Assembly (NCBI GenBank): GCA_041751015.1
Contig: JBGSYF010000022.1
Span: 48,156-112,155, forward strand
Reading direction: 5' to 3'
DNA: 64,000 nt
From: Chitinophagales bacterium
GTDB taxonomy: Bacteria; Bacteroidota; Bacteroidia; Chitinophagales; BACL12
Under the pieces are notes generated by a model. That model had not been told where the DNA came from, made no database searches, and saw nothing but the letters and a program-made list of their open reading frames with translations. Of this stretch, positions 18,858 through 27,057 are shown in pieces; the stretch's first letter is position 1; each line of letters begins with the position of its first letter. Position numbers and translations under genes: made by a program.

Positions 18858-20038
18858 GGTTGTGCCTCATCTTTTGGGAAGGTCAGTAGCAAATCGCGGT
18901 AGTACTCGTACTGCTTCTTGCGTAGCTCAATTTCGCGGGGGAGACCTTCGGTGAGGGAGGTAGTGAGGGTGTCAAATTTGTCGAGGATGGCGACGATGCG
19001 AGCTTGGTGGTTTGCTGAGGGTATTGGAATGACAACTTTACTTAGGCCCCTAGAATTTATAGAAGAAATCTTTCCGGAGGAAATATACTTCCTAAGTTGA
19101 TCATGAAAAAACTTGGTGCGGGAATAATAAGCGACATACTTTGGATTCAAACCACTTCTAAATGAAAAGCACGCATCGTGAAATACAACCGCACTAGTAC
19201 CTAACCATGCAGTTCCCATACCTATATCCTCAATGGTTTCTCCAGCCGCAACAAAGATCACATCATTAGGATTCGCAACGCGTAATTTTGTAGCAAGATT
19301 TTCATCAACAAATGATTTGGTTTGTGTTGCCCAAGTTTTATAGTAGGTGTACATTTCACCATAATGTATGCACGGAAAACCTTCATACTTCATATCAGCC
19401 TTAACAAATCTTTTGCCCCTTGTAAACTCTCCAATTTCTCCAAAAGTCTTCCAATCCACTTCGTCCTCCTCAAAAGTTAGCAGTTTATCGCGGTAGTAGG
19501 TAAATTGCTTTTTCCGGGCAGTAAGCTCGGCAGTAAGCTCGGCAGTAAGCTCGGTAAAGGTGTCTAGAATACGGACTATTTCGGCTTGGATTTCAAGAGG
19601 TGGTATGGGGATAAGCTTCTTTGCATAGTTGCTAATCCATTGCCGTTTGTGATCGTTTTCTGTCAATTCCATTGGCAAGGTATTAAGCCAGTAGTATATG
19701 TATTTTAATATAACATTATTGTTATTTGAGGAAGCAATCATCTTCATCGCGGAAGACTTGACTTTAAAATCAAAATCAACCCACTTGTTAGCCGATGTAA
19801 AATCATCAAATATTATAACAGGACTTGTAGAAGCCATATAAACTCCTTCTCTTTCATTTGTATAGCCCAATATAAAAGTTTTGCCCGCTGTTAAAACAGG
19901 AATAGGATTTTTATCGTCGTATGCGTTGGACTTTACGAGGTATTTGGTAGGCTGCTCATAAACTGTAACCTCACCTAAGGGCTTCAATTCAACAGTTTTT
20001 CCACCGAGCATGTTCTCTATAAGGTTAGATGCATTCAT
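18854..20038 (-). CDS. hsdS: type I restriction-modification system, specificity subunit
   Basis: 394 aa. Two variable halves are separated by two related conserved regions: [33 protein letters not shown] (central) and [37 protein letters not shown] (C-terminal). Confidence 0.9.
   Translation of the reverse strand: MNASNLIENMLGGKTVELKPLGEVTVYEQPTKYLVKSNAYDDKNPIPVLTAGKTFILGYTNEREGVYMASTSPVIIFDDFTSANKWVDFDFKVKSSAMKMIASSNNNNVILKYIYYWLNTLPMELTENDHKRQWISNYAKKLIPIPPLEIQAEIVRILDTFTELTAELTAELTARKKQFTYYRDKLLTFEEDEVDWKTFGEIGEFTRGKRFVKADMKYEGFPCIHYGEMYTYYKTWATQTKSFVDENLATKLRVANPNDVIFVAAGETIEDIGMGTAWLGTSAVVFHDACFSFRSGLNPKYVAYYSRTKFFHDQLRKYISSGKISSINSRGLSKVVIPIPSANHQARIVAILDKFDTLTTSLTEGLPREIELRKKQYEYYRDLLLTFPKDEAQP
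19518..19553 (-). repeat. 3 perfect tandem copies of a 12-bp unit inside the hsdS central conserved region
   Basis: Plus strand GCAGTAAGCTCG x3. The coding strand reads GAGCTTACTGCC x3, giving [12 protein letters not shown]. Confidence 0.95.
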
Positions 20039-21582
20039 GATTCAATCTCCGAAACAATAGTATCAATATGAATCCTCAGCCGGTCTATCTTCTCAACAGT
20101 GGCCTTGATCTCTTCATTCAGCACCGCAATATCCACCTTCTCGCTGTTGTCCCTGGCTTCCACATAGGAGCTTACCGAAAGGTTGAAGTTGTTCGCTGCG
20201 ATGTCCTTGTGATCAACGGATTTGGCCACGTGTGAAACATCCTTCTTTTGGTCAAAGAGTTCCATGATGTGCTCAATATGGGCTTCATTGAGCTCATTGT
20301 TATTGGTCTCCTTTTTGAAGAAGTCGGGGCCGCTGGCGTTAATGAACTGGGTTTTGGTGTTGGTCTTGTGCTTCGAAAGCACCAGGATGTTTACCGCAAT
20401 AGTGGTGCCGAAGAACAGGTTGGGTGCCAGCGCGATAACCGTTTCCACGACATTGGTATCAATCAGGTACTGTCGGATTTTCTGTTCCGCGCCACCGCGG
20501 TAGAAAATACCGGGGAAGCACACGATGGCGGCCCGTCCTTTGCCTGAAAGGTAGCTGAGGGCGTGCAGCACAAAGGCAAAGTCAGCTTTTGACTTTGGGG
20601 CGAGCACACCGGCAGGGGCGAATCGCTCATCGTTGATCAGGGTAGGATCATCGCTTCCAATCCAGTTGACGGAATAGGGCGGGTTAGAGACGATGGCATC
20701 GAAGGGCTTTTGATCCTTGAAATGGGGTTCCAGCAACGTGTTGCCCAACGCCAAATCAAACTTGTCATAGTTGATGTTGTGCAGGAACATGTTCATCCGG
20801 GCCAGGTTGTAGGTGGTATGGTTGATCTCCTGCCCGTAGAAGCCATCTTCAATGATGTGGTTATCAAAGTGCTTCTTCGCCTGCAGAAGCAAAGAGCCGG
20901 AACCCGCCGCGGGGTCATAAATTTTATTGACCGATGCCTGCTTGTGCATGGCCAATTGGGCTATCAGCTTGGAGACATGTTGCGGGGTAAAAAACTCGCC
21001 ACCGGACTTGCCGGCATTTGCTGCATAGTTGGAAATGAGGAATTCGTAGGCATCGCCGAAAAGGTCAATCTGGTTTTCCTCAAAGCGGCCAAAATTGAGT
21101 CCTGCAACGCCCTTGAGCACGGCAGCAAGGCGGCTGTTCTTATCCTTAACGGTGTTTCCCAAGCGGTTCGAAGTAGTGTCGAAGTCGGCAAACAGACCTT
21201 TGATATCGTGTTCTGACGGATAGCCATTGGCTGAACTTTCAATGGCAGTAAAGATGGCCTTGAGGTCCGTATTGAGATTCTCGTTGTTGTTGGCTTTTTC
21301 AACTATGTTTTCGAAGAGCTGGCCGGGGTAAATGAAATAGCCCTTGGTTTTGACGGCATCGTCTTTGAGCTGCGGGGTAATGACGGAATCGGACAGCTTG
21401 GCATAGTTGATCGATGCATCTCCGGCTTCGATATAGGCTTTGAAGTTCTCGCTGATGAAGCGGTAAAAGAGTGCTCCGAGCACAAACTGCTTGAAATCCC
21501 AGCCGTCAACTGACCCCCGCACGTCGTTGGCGATTTTCCAGATTTGGGATTGGAGTTCGGCTCGCTGTTGAATGCTTGACAT
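20035..21582 (-). CDS. hsdM: type I restriction-modification system, N6-adenine DNA methyltransferase subunit
   Basis: 515 aa. Catalytic motif [10 protein letters not shown] (NPPY) and AdoMet region [13 protein letters not shown]. 4-nt overlap with hsdS. Confidence 0.92.
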   Translation of the reverse strand: MSSIQQRAELQSQIWKIANDVRGSVDGWDFKQFVLGALFYRFISENFKAYIEAGDASINYAKLSDSVITPQLKDDAVKTKGYFIYPGQLFENIVEKANNNENLNTDLKAIFTAIESSANGYPSEHDIKGLFADFDTTSNRLGNTVKDKNSRLAAVLKGVAGLNFGRFEENQIDLFGDAYEFLISNYAANAGKSGGEFFTPQHVSKLIAQLAMHKQASVNKIYDPAAGSGSLLLQAKKHFDNHIIEDGFYGQEINHTTYNLARMNMFLHNINYDKFDLALGNTLLEPHFKDQKPFDAIVSNPPYSVNWIGSDDPTLINDERFAPAGVLAPKSKADFAFVLHALSYLSGKGRAAIVCFPGIFYRGGAEQKIRQYLIDTNVVETVIALAPNLFFGTTIAVNILVLSKHKTNTKTQFINASGPDFFKKETNNNELNEAHIEHIMELFDQKKDVSHVAKSVDHKDIAANNFNLSVSSYVEARDNSEKVDIAVLNEEIKATVEKIDRLRIHIDTIVSEIES

Positions 21583-21643
21583 TGGTGTGTTCTACTTGAG
21601 AATTAGGCTCTTCTTGTCTGTTAATCGCTTGGGTTAAATGTAC

Positions 21644-22212
21644 TCATGGATGTGCCAATTTCCAATGGGTGAGTAGGTTGGGGTTCTGGCGGTATTGGCG
21701 TTGTAACCATGAGATGGCTCCATGCCTGGACAGGCCCATTTCCTATTTGACCCACTTGAGCAGGCGAAGTTTGAAGTGTTTGCACACGTCATGCATGATG
21801 CCATCCCAGAAAATATGGTAGTAATTCAGAACTCCCCGAACTATTGGTTTGAGGGTCTGGGCTACTTCCTCCAGCGGCTTGCACCTCTTGTGGATGTTCA
21901 GCTTTCGGATTTTTCAAAGATGCGCTTCTTCGATTGGGTGCTCACGAACGTGCCCACCATAGCCATTCCTCTGTCCTGGATCATGCGGTAACAGGGCTTT
22001 ATTGTAAAGCCCAGAAAGTCGTACTTCCTCGGGTAGCGCTCGGTGGCCCTTCCCGTCAGATTGACAATCTTTGTCTTGGTGGGGTGCAGTTTGAGCTTGC
22101 AGGTGCGCATGCGTTGCTCGATGCTCCGCAGTACGAACTTGGCCTGCTTCTCGGTCTTGCAGTGCACCACCTCATCATCGGCATAGCGTTCGAAAGGCTT
22201 CTCGGGGTGAGA
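21644..22212 (-). pseudogene. group II intron-type reverse transcriptase/maturase remnant (RT domains 5-7 + X domain only)
   Basis: My translation: ...HPEKPFERYADDEVVHCKTEKQAKFVL...CKLKLHPTKTKIVNL...YDFLGFTIKP..., then a frame change near the T5 run 21910-21914. It continues ...PLEEVAQTLKPIVRGVLNYYH...RLLKWVK, an in-frame TAG (21743-21745), then ...AISWLQRQYRQNPNLLTHWKLAHP and a stop at 21644-21646. Everything N-terminal of the YADD block is missing. Confidence 0.7.
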
Positions 22213-22228
22213 GGATTGCCCTCCGGCC
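22202..22228 (-). repeat. 27-nt imperfect direct copy of the 3' end of tRNA-Pro (att-like repeat)
   Basis: TCGGGGTGAGAGGATT-GC-CCTCCGGCC here, versus TCGGGGTGAGAGGATT-CGAA-CCTCCGGCC in the tRNA at 22538-22566. Same orientation. Confidence 0.75.
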
Positions 22229-22277
22229 CGGCTTACGCCGAGCCTACGGGCATCCTCAAAGTGGGGGGGGCATTGCT

Positions 22278-22296
22278 AAAAACCGCCCAAGGGCGG
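22278..22296 (-). terminator. rho-independent terminator-like hairpin (minus strand)
   Basis: The minus strand reads CCGCCC-TT-GGGCGG followed by TTTTT. The stem is 22283-22288 / 22291-22296. Confidence 0.4.
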
Positions 22297-22503
22297 TGGG
22301 CGTTCTTTTGGGAAGCGGAAGATTTCACGCTAGAAATACATTCGCCTCCCCCGGAACCCGCCCGCTTCGCAGGCTCTTTTCCTTCGTCCGTCTTCGGCGT
22401 TCAAGCCTTCGGCTTGCGCCTCCGCCGGCCAAAGGAAAACGCCACCCTGACGGGTGGCCGGGTTCCTGGTATTGGGCAGGTTACCACCGAAACCTCTTCC
22501 CCC
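22297..22503. other. GC-rich, hairpin-dense non-coding segment between two terminator-type hairpins (possible small RNA or island remnant)
   Basis: No credible ORF. Local hairpins include GCCACCC-TGAC-GGGTGGC (22441-22458) and CAAGC-CTTCG-GCTTG (22402-22416). The motif CTTCG recurs four times between 22364 and 22412. Confidence 0.25.
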
Positions 22504-22533
22504 AAAAAAAAACCGCCCTCAGGCGGTTTTTTT
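22504..22533. terminator. bidirectional rho-independent terminator immediately 3' of tRNA-Pro
   Basis: A9 run (22504-22512), stem CCGCC (22513-22517), loop CTCA, stem GGCGG (22522-22526), then T7 run (22527-22533). Confidence 0.7.
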
Positions 22534-22537
22534 CAAG

Positions 22538-22612
22538 TCGGGGTGAGAGGATTCGAACCTCCGGCCTCGCGCCCCCCAGACGCGCGCTCTAACCGGGCTG
22601 AGCTACACCCCG
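22538..22612 (-). tRNA. tRNA-Pro (anticodon GGG)
   Basis: Hand-folded 75-nt cloverleaf: CGGGGTG-TA-GCTC-AGCCCGGTTA-GAGC-G-CGCGT-CTGGGGG-GCGCG-AGGCC-GGAGG-TTCGAAT-CCTCT-CACCCCG-A. The anticodon loop CU-GGG-GG gives GGG. CCA is not encoded. Confidence 0.9.
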
Positions 22613-22684
22613 AAGCGGTGGACAATGCACAAGGGCAGGGGGGATGCCTTTGTTTTGGGCGGCTAAAATAACACCAATTCCGCT

Positions 22685-22990
22685 TTATTTGTTAAACAAC
22701 CTGCGGGCGCCGGTGCCGGTCCAGGCGGTGGCCAGGCCGACGAGGATGAACCCGATGCCGGCATAGATGTTGCGCTCCGCTTCCCAGACGAGCAAGATGA
22801 TTCCCGGGATGATCAGGACAATACCCAGAATAGTCAGCAGCTTGGCGCTGCCGGTGGATATGCGGTAATCCTCCTCGTGCTCTCGGTTGTGGGCAACTTT
22901 GGATGTAGGTTTGCGAAAATCTTCCGCCACAGGACCCAATTTTTGCGCAAAGATAACACGGAAGAAATGTGGAGGGCACTTGCGGCTCAA
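22685..22990 (-). CDS. hypothetical small membrane protein (start uncertain)
   Basis: The C-terminal half has two hydrophobic helices (LLTILGIVLIIPGIILLVW, IYAGIGFILVGLATAW). The annotated ATG would almost abut the divergent batA-like gene, so a later non-ATG start is possible. Confidence 0.4.
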   Translation of the reverse strand: MSRKCPPHFFRVIFAQKLGPVAEDFRKPTSKVAHNREHEEDYRISTGSAKLLTILGIVLIIPGIILLVWEAERNIYAGIGFILVGLATAWTGTGARRLFNK

Positions 22991-23007
22991 AGCATCCCCG
23001 ATTGCCC

Positions 23008-25041
23008 ATGAGTTTTTTGTATCCCGGCTTTTTGTGGGCCCTGAGCGCCCTGGCCATCCCGGTCATTATACACCTGTTCTATTTCAGGCGTTACCAGAAG
23101 GTTTATTTCAGCAATGTTCGCTTTTTGAGCGAAGTGCGGGAGGAGACCGCCACCCGGAACAGGCTGAAACACCGGCTGATCCTGCTCAGCCGATTGCTGG
23201 CTCTGGCCGCGTTGGTGCTGGCTTTCGCGCAGCCTTATTTGCCCGGGGAAGAGAGCGGGGTGCAGCAGGTCAGCCGTCAGGTGAGCGTCTTTGTGGATAA
23301 CTCTTTTAGCATGGATGCCTTGGGCGAAGATCGTTCGCTCTTTGAGCAGGCCAAGGATCGGGCCCGCCAGATTGTCGGCGGATATGGACCGGATGATCGC
23401 TTTCAACTCCTGAGCGGAGAACTCAGCGGAAGCCAGCAGCGGCTCCTGGATCGGGATGCTTTTCTGGCGGAGTTGGATAAGATTGAGCTCAGTGCGCGCT
23501 CACCGGGGCTCGATCAGGTGCACGAAAGGCAGCGCGACGCGCTTTCCAGGGCTCCCGAGAACGCCGGGGTGGCTTGGATTCTCTCCGATTTTCAGAAGAG
23601 CATCGCGGATTTTGAGCCCGACACGGCTTTGCAGATCAATCTCCTGCCCCTGCCGGGTGCGCGGCAGCAGAACATCGGTATCGATTCGGTTTGGTTCGAA
23701 GAGCCTGTGCTGGTGCGCGGGCAGAGAACTTCGCTGCTGGTTCGCGTGAAAAATTTTGGCGACCGGGATGCGGAGAAAACCACGCTCAGGCTGTTTTTGG
23801 GCACGGAAGTCAAGGCGCTGGGTCAGGTGGACATCCCCGCAGGTCAGGCCATCACCGACACCCTTTCCTTCGGCATTCCCGAGAGCGAATGGGTCAGCGG
23901 ACATGTCCAAATCAACGATTACCCCATCAATTTTGACGATACCTGGTATTTCAGTTTTCCGGTTCTCTCGGAGGTGCCCGTGCTGGTGCTGGGCGGCGCT
24001 CAGGGCAATCCCTTTCTCAGAACCCTCTTTGGGTCGCGGACTCTCTTTCGACTCGATGAGCAAAGAGTGGACAATCTGGACTATGCCAGCCTGAACAGCT
24101 ATCGACTCGTGGTGCTGGATGGCCTGAACAGCTTGTCTAGCGGACTGGCCGCTTCCTTGAGCGAATACCTGCTCGAAGGGGGTTCGGTGCTGGTCTTCCC
24201 GGGCCCGGAGGCGGACCGCAACAGCTACAATCAATGGCTGTCCCGCGCGGGCGCCACGCTGGGCGAACGAACTTTGCAATTGCGCGAGGTCGGCTCGCTG
24301 AACACCCAGAACCCCTTGTTCCGCGACGTGTTTGCGCGCGTTCCGGAGAACCTCGCCCTGCCCAGCGCGCAGTTGAGCTACCGCCTGCCCGCTTCGGCCA
24401 TGAGTCGCCAGGACAACCTGATGCGTTTCAAGGACGGGGACGCTTTTCTGGGCCGTTATCCACTGGGGAAGGGCTGGATCTATCTCTGCGCCAGCCCGCT
24501 GAGCCGCGAGGCCAGCGACCTGCCCGTGCAGGGCGCCCTTTTCGCACCGCTTTTGTTCCGAATGGCCCTGAGCGGCGCGGCAGACAGGGCTCTGGCGCAC
24601 ACGATTGGCCGCGACGAATGGATCGATGCGGGTTCGGTTCAGGAGTCCTCTTTCAGCAATCCCGATCAGCAATTGCGGGTTCGCTTTGAGGAGCAAATGG
24701 AGTTTTTGCCGCGCACAGAGCGAAGGGGCAATCGGCTCCGGCTCCAGGTGGGTGCTCAGGCCACCCAGGCCGGGCACTATCAGGTTCTGATGCCCGATGC
24801 CAGTCTGGGTGCGGTGTTCTCCATGAACTTTGACCGCCGCGAATCCCGCATGGACTTCCTCAGCAACTCAGAAGTCGAAGAGCATTACCCGGCCGGAAGT
24901 GTCCGCGTCATGAGCGCCGATGCGCCAAGACTGGCGGCGGATCTGAGCCGCATCAGCCAGGGCCGGCAGCTCTGGAAGGCCTGTCTTATCTTAGCCCTGG
25001 CTTTCCTGGGGATAGAGATTTTGCTGGTCCGCTTCCTGTAA
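23008..25041 (+). CDS. BatA-domain (N-terminal double-transmembrane, TIGR02226-type) membrane protein
   Basis: MSFLYPGFLWALSALAIPVIIHLFYFRRYQKVYFSNVRFL is the characteristic N-terminus (ATG at 23008, internal to track ORF 22969). C-terminal TM LWKACLILALAFLGIEILLV. Confidence 0.75.
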   Translation: MSFLYPGFLWALSALAIPVIIHLFYFRRYQKVYFSNVRFLSEVREETATRNRLKHRLILLSRLLALAALVLAFAQPYLPGEESGVQQVSRQVSVFVDNSFSMDALGEDRSLFEQAKDRARQIVGGYGPDDRFQLLSGELSGSQQRLLDRDAFLAELDKIELSARSPGLDQVHERQRDALSRAPENAGVAWILSDFQKSIADFEPDTALQINLLPLPGARQQNIGIDSVWFEEPVLVRGQRTSLLVRVKNFGDRDAEKTTLRLFLGTEVKALGQVDIPAGQAITDTLSFGIPESEWVSGHVQINDYPINFDDTWYFSFPVLSEVPVLVLGGAQGNPFLRTLFGSRTLFRLDEQRVDNLDYASLNSYRLVVLDGLNSLSSGLAASLSEYLLEGGSVLVFPGPEADRNSYNQWLSRAGATLGERTLQLREVGSLNTQNPLFRDVFARVPENLALPSAQLSYRLPASAMSRQDNLMRFKDGDAFLGRYPLGKGWIYLCASPLSREASDLPVQGALFAPLLFRMALSGAADRALAHTIGRDEWIDAGSVQESSFSNPDQQLRVRFEEQMEFLPRTERRGNRLRLQVGAQATQAGHYQVLMPDASLGAVFSMNFDRRESRMDFLSNSEVEEHYPAGSVRVMSADAPRLAADLSRISQGRQLWKACLILALAFLGIEILLVRFL

Positions 25042-25091
25042 TTCCGCAGCCTGAACAGCGGGCCGCAGCCCTTCGAACTGCTTACCTGAAC

Positions 25092-26375
25092 ATGAACCTG
25101 CTCGTCCGCTCAGCCCTGATTGTCGATGCCTCTTCGCCCTATCACGGGCAGACCCTGGATTTGCTGATTGCCGAGGGGCGCATAGAACGCATCGGTTCCA
25201 ATCTGGAGGGCTCCGGAGCAGAGATCTTAGAGGGCGAAGGGCTTTGCGTCTCGCCCGGCTGGTTCGATGCATTTGCCCATTTCTGCGACCCGGGGGAAGA
25301 GCACCGCGAAGACCTCCAGAGCGGCGCGCGCGCTGCGGCGGCGGGAGGCTTTACGGCAGTGGCCCTGCTGCCCAACACCGATCCGGTACTGCACAGCAAA
25401 TCCGAGCTGGAATACATTCGCTCCCGCTCCAAGGATCTGCCCATCCATATCTTTCCCTATGCTGCCATCAGCCGCTATGCCAAGGGAACGGACATCGCCG
25501 AGCTCTACGACATGCGCGAAGCCGGTGCGCTGGCTTTTACCGATGGTCTGCAGCCCCTGCAGCACGCTGGTTTGATGATGCACGCCCTTCGCTATGTACA
25601 GCCTTTCAACGGCCTGATCATCAATCTGCCCCTGAACATGGACATGGCCGGTAAGGCCGGCATTCACGAAGGACTGATGGCCACCCGGCTCGGTTTGCCG
25701 GGCATTCCGGGCATGGCCGAAGCCCTGATGGTGCAGCGCGATCTGCAACTGCTCGAGTACACGGGCGGGCGACTGCACTTTGCCCTGATCAGCTCTCATC
25801 GCTCTGTGGACATGATCCGGCAGGCCAAGGAAAAGGGCCTTGAGGTCAGCGCGGGCGTTGCGGCTTATCAACTGCTCTTCAACGACTCTTCGCTGGCCGA
25901 TTTTGACACGGGCTTTAAGGTCATGCCGCCCCTTCGCGACGCGCGCGATCAGGAGGCTCTGATCAACGGCCTTCTGGACGGCACTATAGACGTGGTTTGC
26001 TCCAATCACCTTCCCCAGCACGAAGACGACAAGCGCGTGGAGTTTGAGTACGCCGCTTTCGGCATCAATGCTCTCGAGACCACGTTCAGCGCCTTGTGCA
26101 CTGCCATGAAGGGAAAGGCGGGTCTGGAGCAATTCGTGCAGTGGTTGTGCACCGCCCCCCGCACCTTGCTGGAGCTGCCCATTCCGCAAATTGATGAGGG
26201 AAAGGTGGCGGAGTTGAGCTTTTTCCGGGGAACGGGCACCTGGACGCACCGCGCCGATGAGCTGCAGTCCAAGGCCCGCAACAATCCCATGCTGGGCATG
26301 CCTTTAGAGGGAAGTGTGCTCGGCGTTTATGCCCGCGGGCGCTATCAGCCAAGAGCCGTTCCCAGCGCCGTATGA
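25092..26375 (+). CDS. dihydroorotase-like amidohydrolase with degenerate metal/catalytic residues (probably non-catalytic)
   Basis: It is collinear with type I dihydroorotases (PGWFDAFAHFCDPGEEHRED...GGFTAV..PNT ... KVMPPLR ... LLDGTIDVV). The HxH, AHCED, HxS, PHHL and DHAPH signatures read FAH, NLPLN, LIS, AYQL and NHLPQ. Confidence 0.75.
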   Translation: MNLLVRSALIVDASSPYHGQTLDLLIAEGRIERIGSNLEGSGAEILEGEGLCVSPGWFDAFAHFCDPGEEHREDLQSGARAAAAGGFTAVALLPNTDPVLHSKSELEYIRSRSKDLPIHIFPYAAISRYAKGTDIAELYDMREAGALAFTDGLQPLQHAGLMMHALRYVQPFNGLIINLPLNMDMAGKAGIHEGLMATRLGLPGIPGMAEALMVQRDLQLLEYTGGRLHFALISSHRSVDMIRQAKEKGLEVSAGVAAYQLLFNDSSLADFDTGFKVMPPLRDARDQEALINGLLDGTIDVVCSNHLPQHEDDKRVEFEYAAFGINALETTFSALCTAMKGKAGLEQFVQWLCTAPRTLLELPIPQIDEGKVAELSFFRGTGTWTHRADELQSKARNNPMLGMPLEGSVLGVYARGRYQPRAVPSAV

Positions 26376-26881
26376 ATCAGCCTGCTCATCTCCCGTCTTC
26401 CGCGCCGGTAGCCCTGCCGGCCGCTCTGCTGGCTCTCGGGGGCCTGGCTGTGGCGCTGTCTTTGGTCGGGGAAAACACGCCCGTTGAGCAGCGTTTCTGG
26501 GCCTTTTTGGTTCCTCCTGTGATCGCGCTGGCGGCCTCAGCCCTTCATTTGCGAAGGGCCTACAACGCAGTGCCCGGCCCGCTTTCCTTGCGCAGATTGT
26601 TCAAGAGCCTGGCGTTCATCTGCTTGTTGTGCGGCTTTGCCGCGGGCATCTTTGTGGTGGTCTGGTACCGCTGGATCTACCCCGAAGTGCTGGAGAGCCG
26701 CATGGCTGAAGCTGCGAGCCAGATGGCGGAAGACGGCTTTTCCCCCGGCGACATTGACGAGTATCTTCACAAGACCCGCGTGGTGCTCTATGGGCCTTTG
26801 GGCATGTTTTTAGGGGGAATTCTATTCTCCATCAGCGCCCTTCTGCCGGCAAGTCTGCTCTTGCTGTTCAGCCGGCGTTGA
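26372..26881 (+). CDS. small multi-pass membrane protein (DUF4199-like)
   Basis: 169 aa with four hydrophobic segments. ATGA start/stop overlap with the upstream gene. The family call rests on size, topology and remembered synteny only. Confidence 0.45.
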   Translation: MNQPAHLPSSAPVALPAALLALGGLAVALSLVGENTPVEQRFWAFLVPPVIALAASALHLRRAYNAVPGPLSLRRLFKSLAFICLLCGFAAGIFVVVWYRWIYPEVLESRMAEAASQMAEDGFSPGDIDEYLHKTRVVLYGPLGMFLGGILFSISALLPASLLLLFSRR

Positions 26882-27057
26882 ACATGTCAAGCTTGTGGAG
26901 CCGATCTACCCTCCTTCGACATACCCTCATTGCCCCGCGCCTGCCGAGCCGCACACGCTTGAAAAAAGCCGTTAATTTGTGGGCCGCATCGGCGTATGGA
27001 TCTTGCCGGAAAGGCCACTGTGCGCTGCACCGCCTTTCGCCCTAAGCCAAGCCTCGT

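Noticed and set aside
19518-19553. A tandem repeat considered as a mini CRISPR or VNTR
   Set aside because: It has only three 12-bp units without spacers, in frame inside hsdS. No CRISPR-like array exists anywhere in the window.
21644-22212. The RT as part of a retron, Abi or DRT defence system next to the R-M genes
   Set aside because: The fragment has a maturase X domain and the LxHW C-terminal motif of intron-encoded proteins. It lacks the N-terminal RT domains and carries a frameshift plus an in-frame stop. No msr/msd-like inverted repeats were seen. It is best read as intron debris.
21934-22671. 245-aa plus-strand ORF (and the 98-aa ORF 22296-22592)
   Set aside because: It runs through the tRNA-Pro gene, two terminator hairpins and the RT remnant antisense. 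The composition is implausible for a protein.
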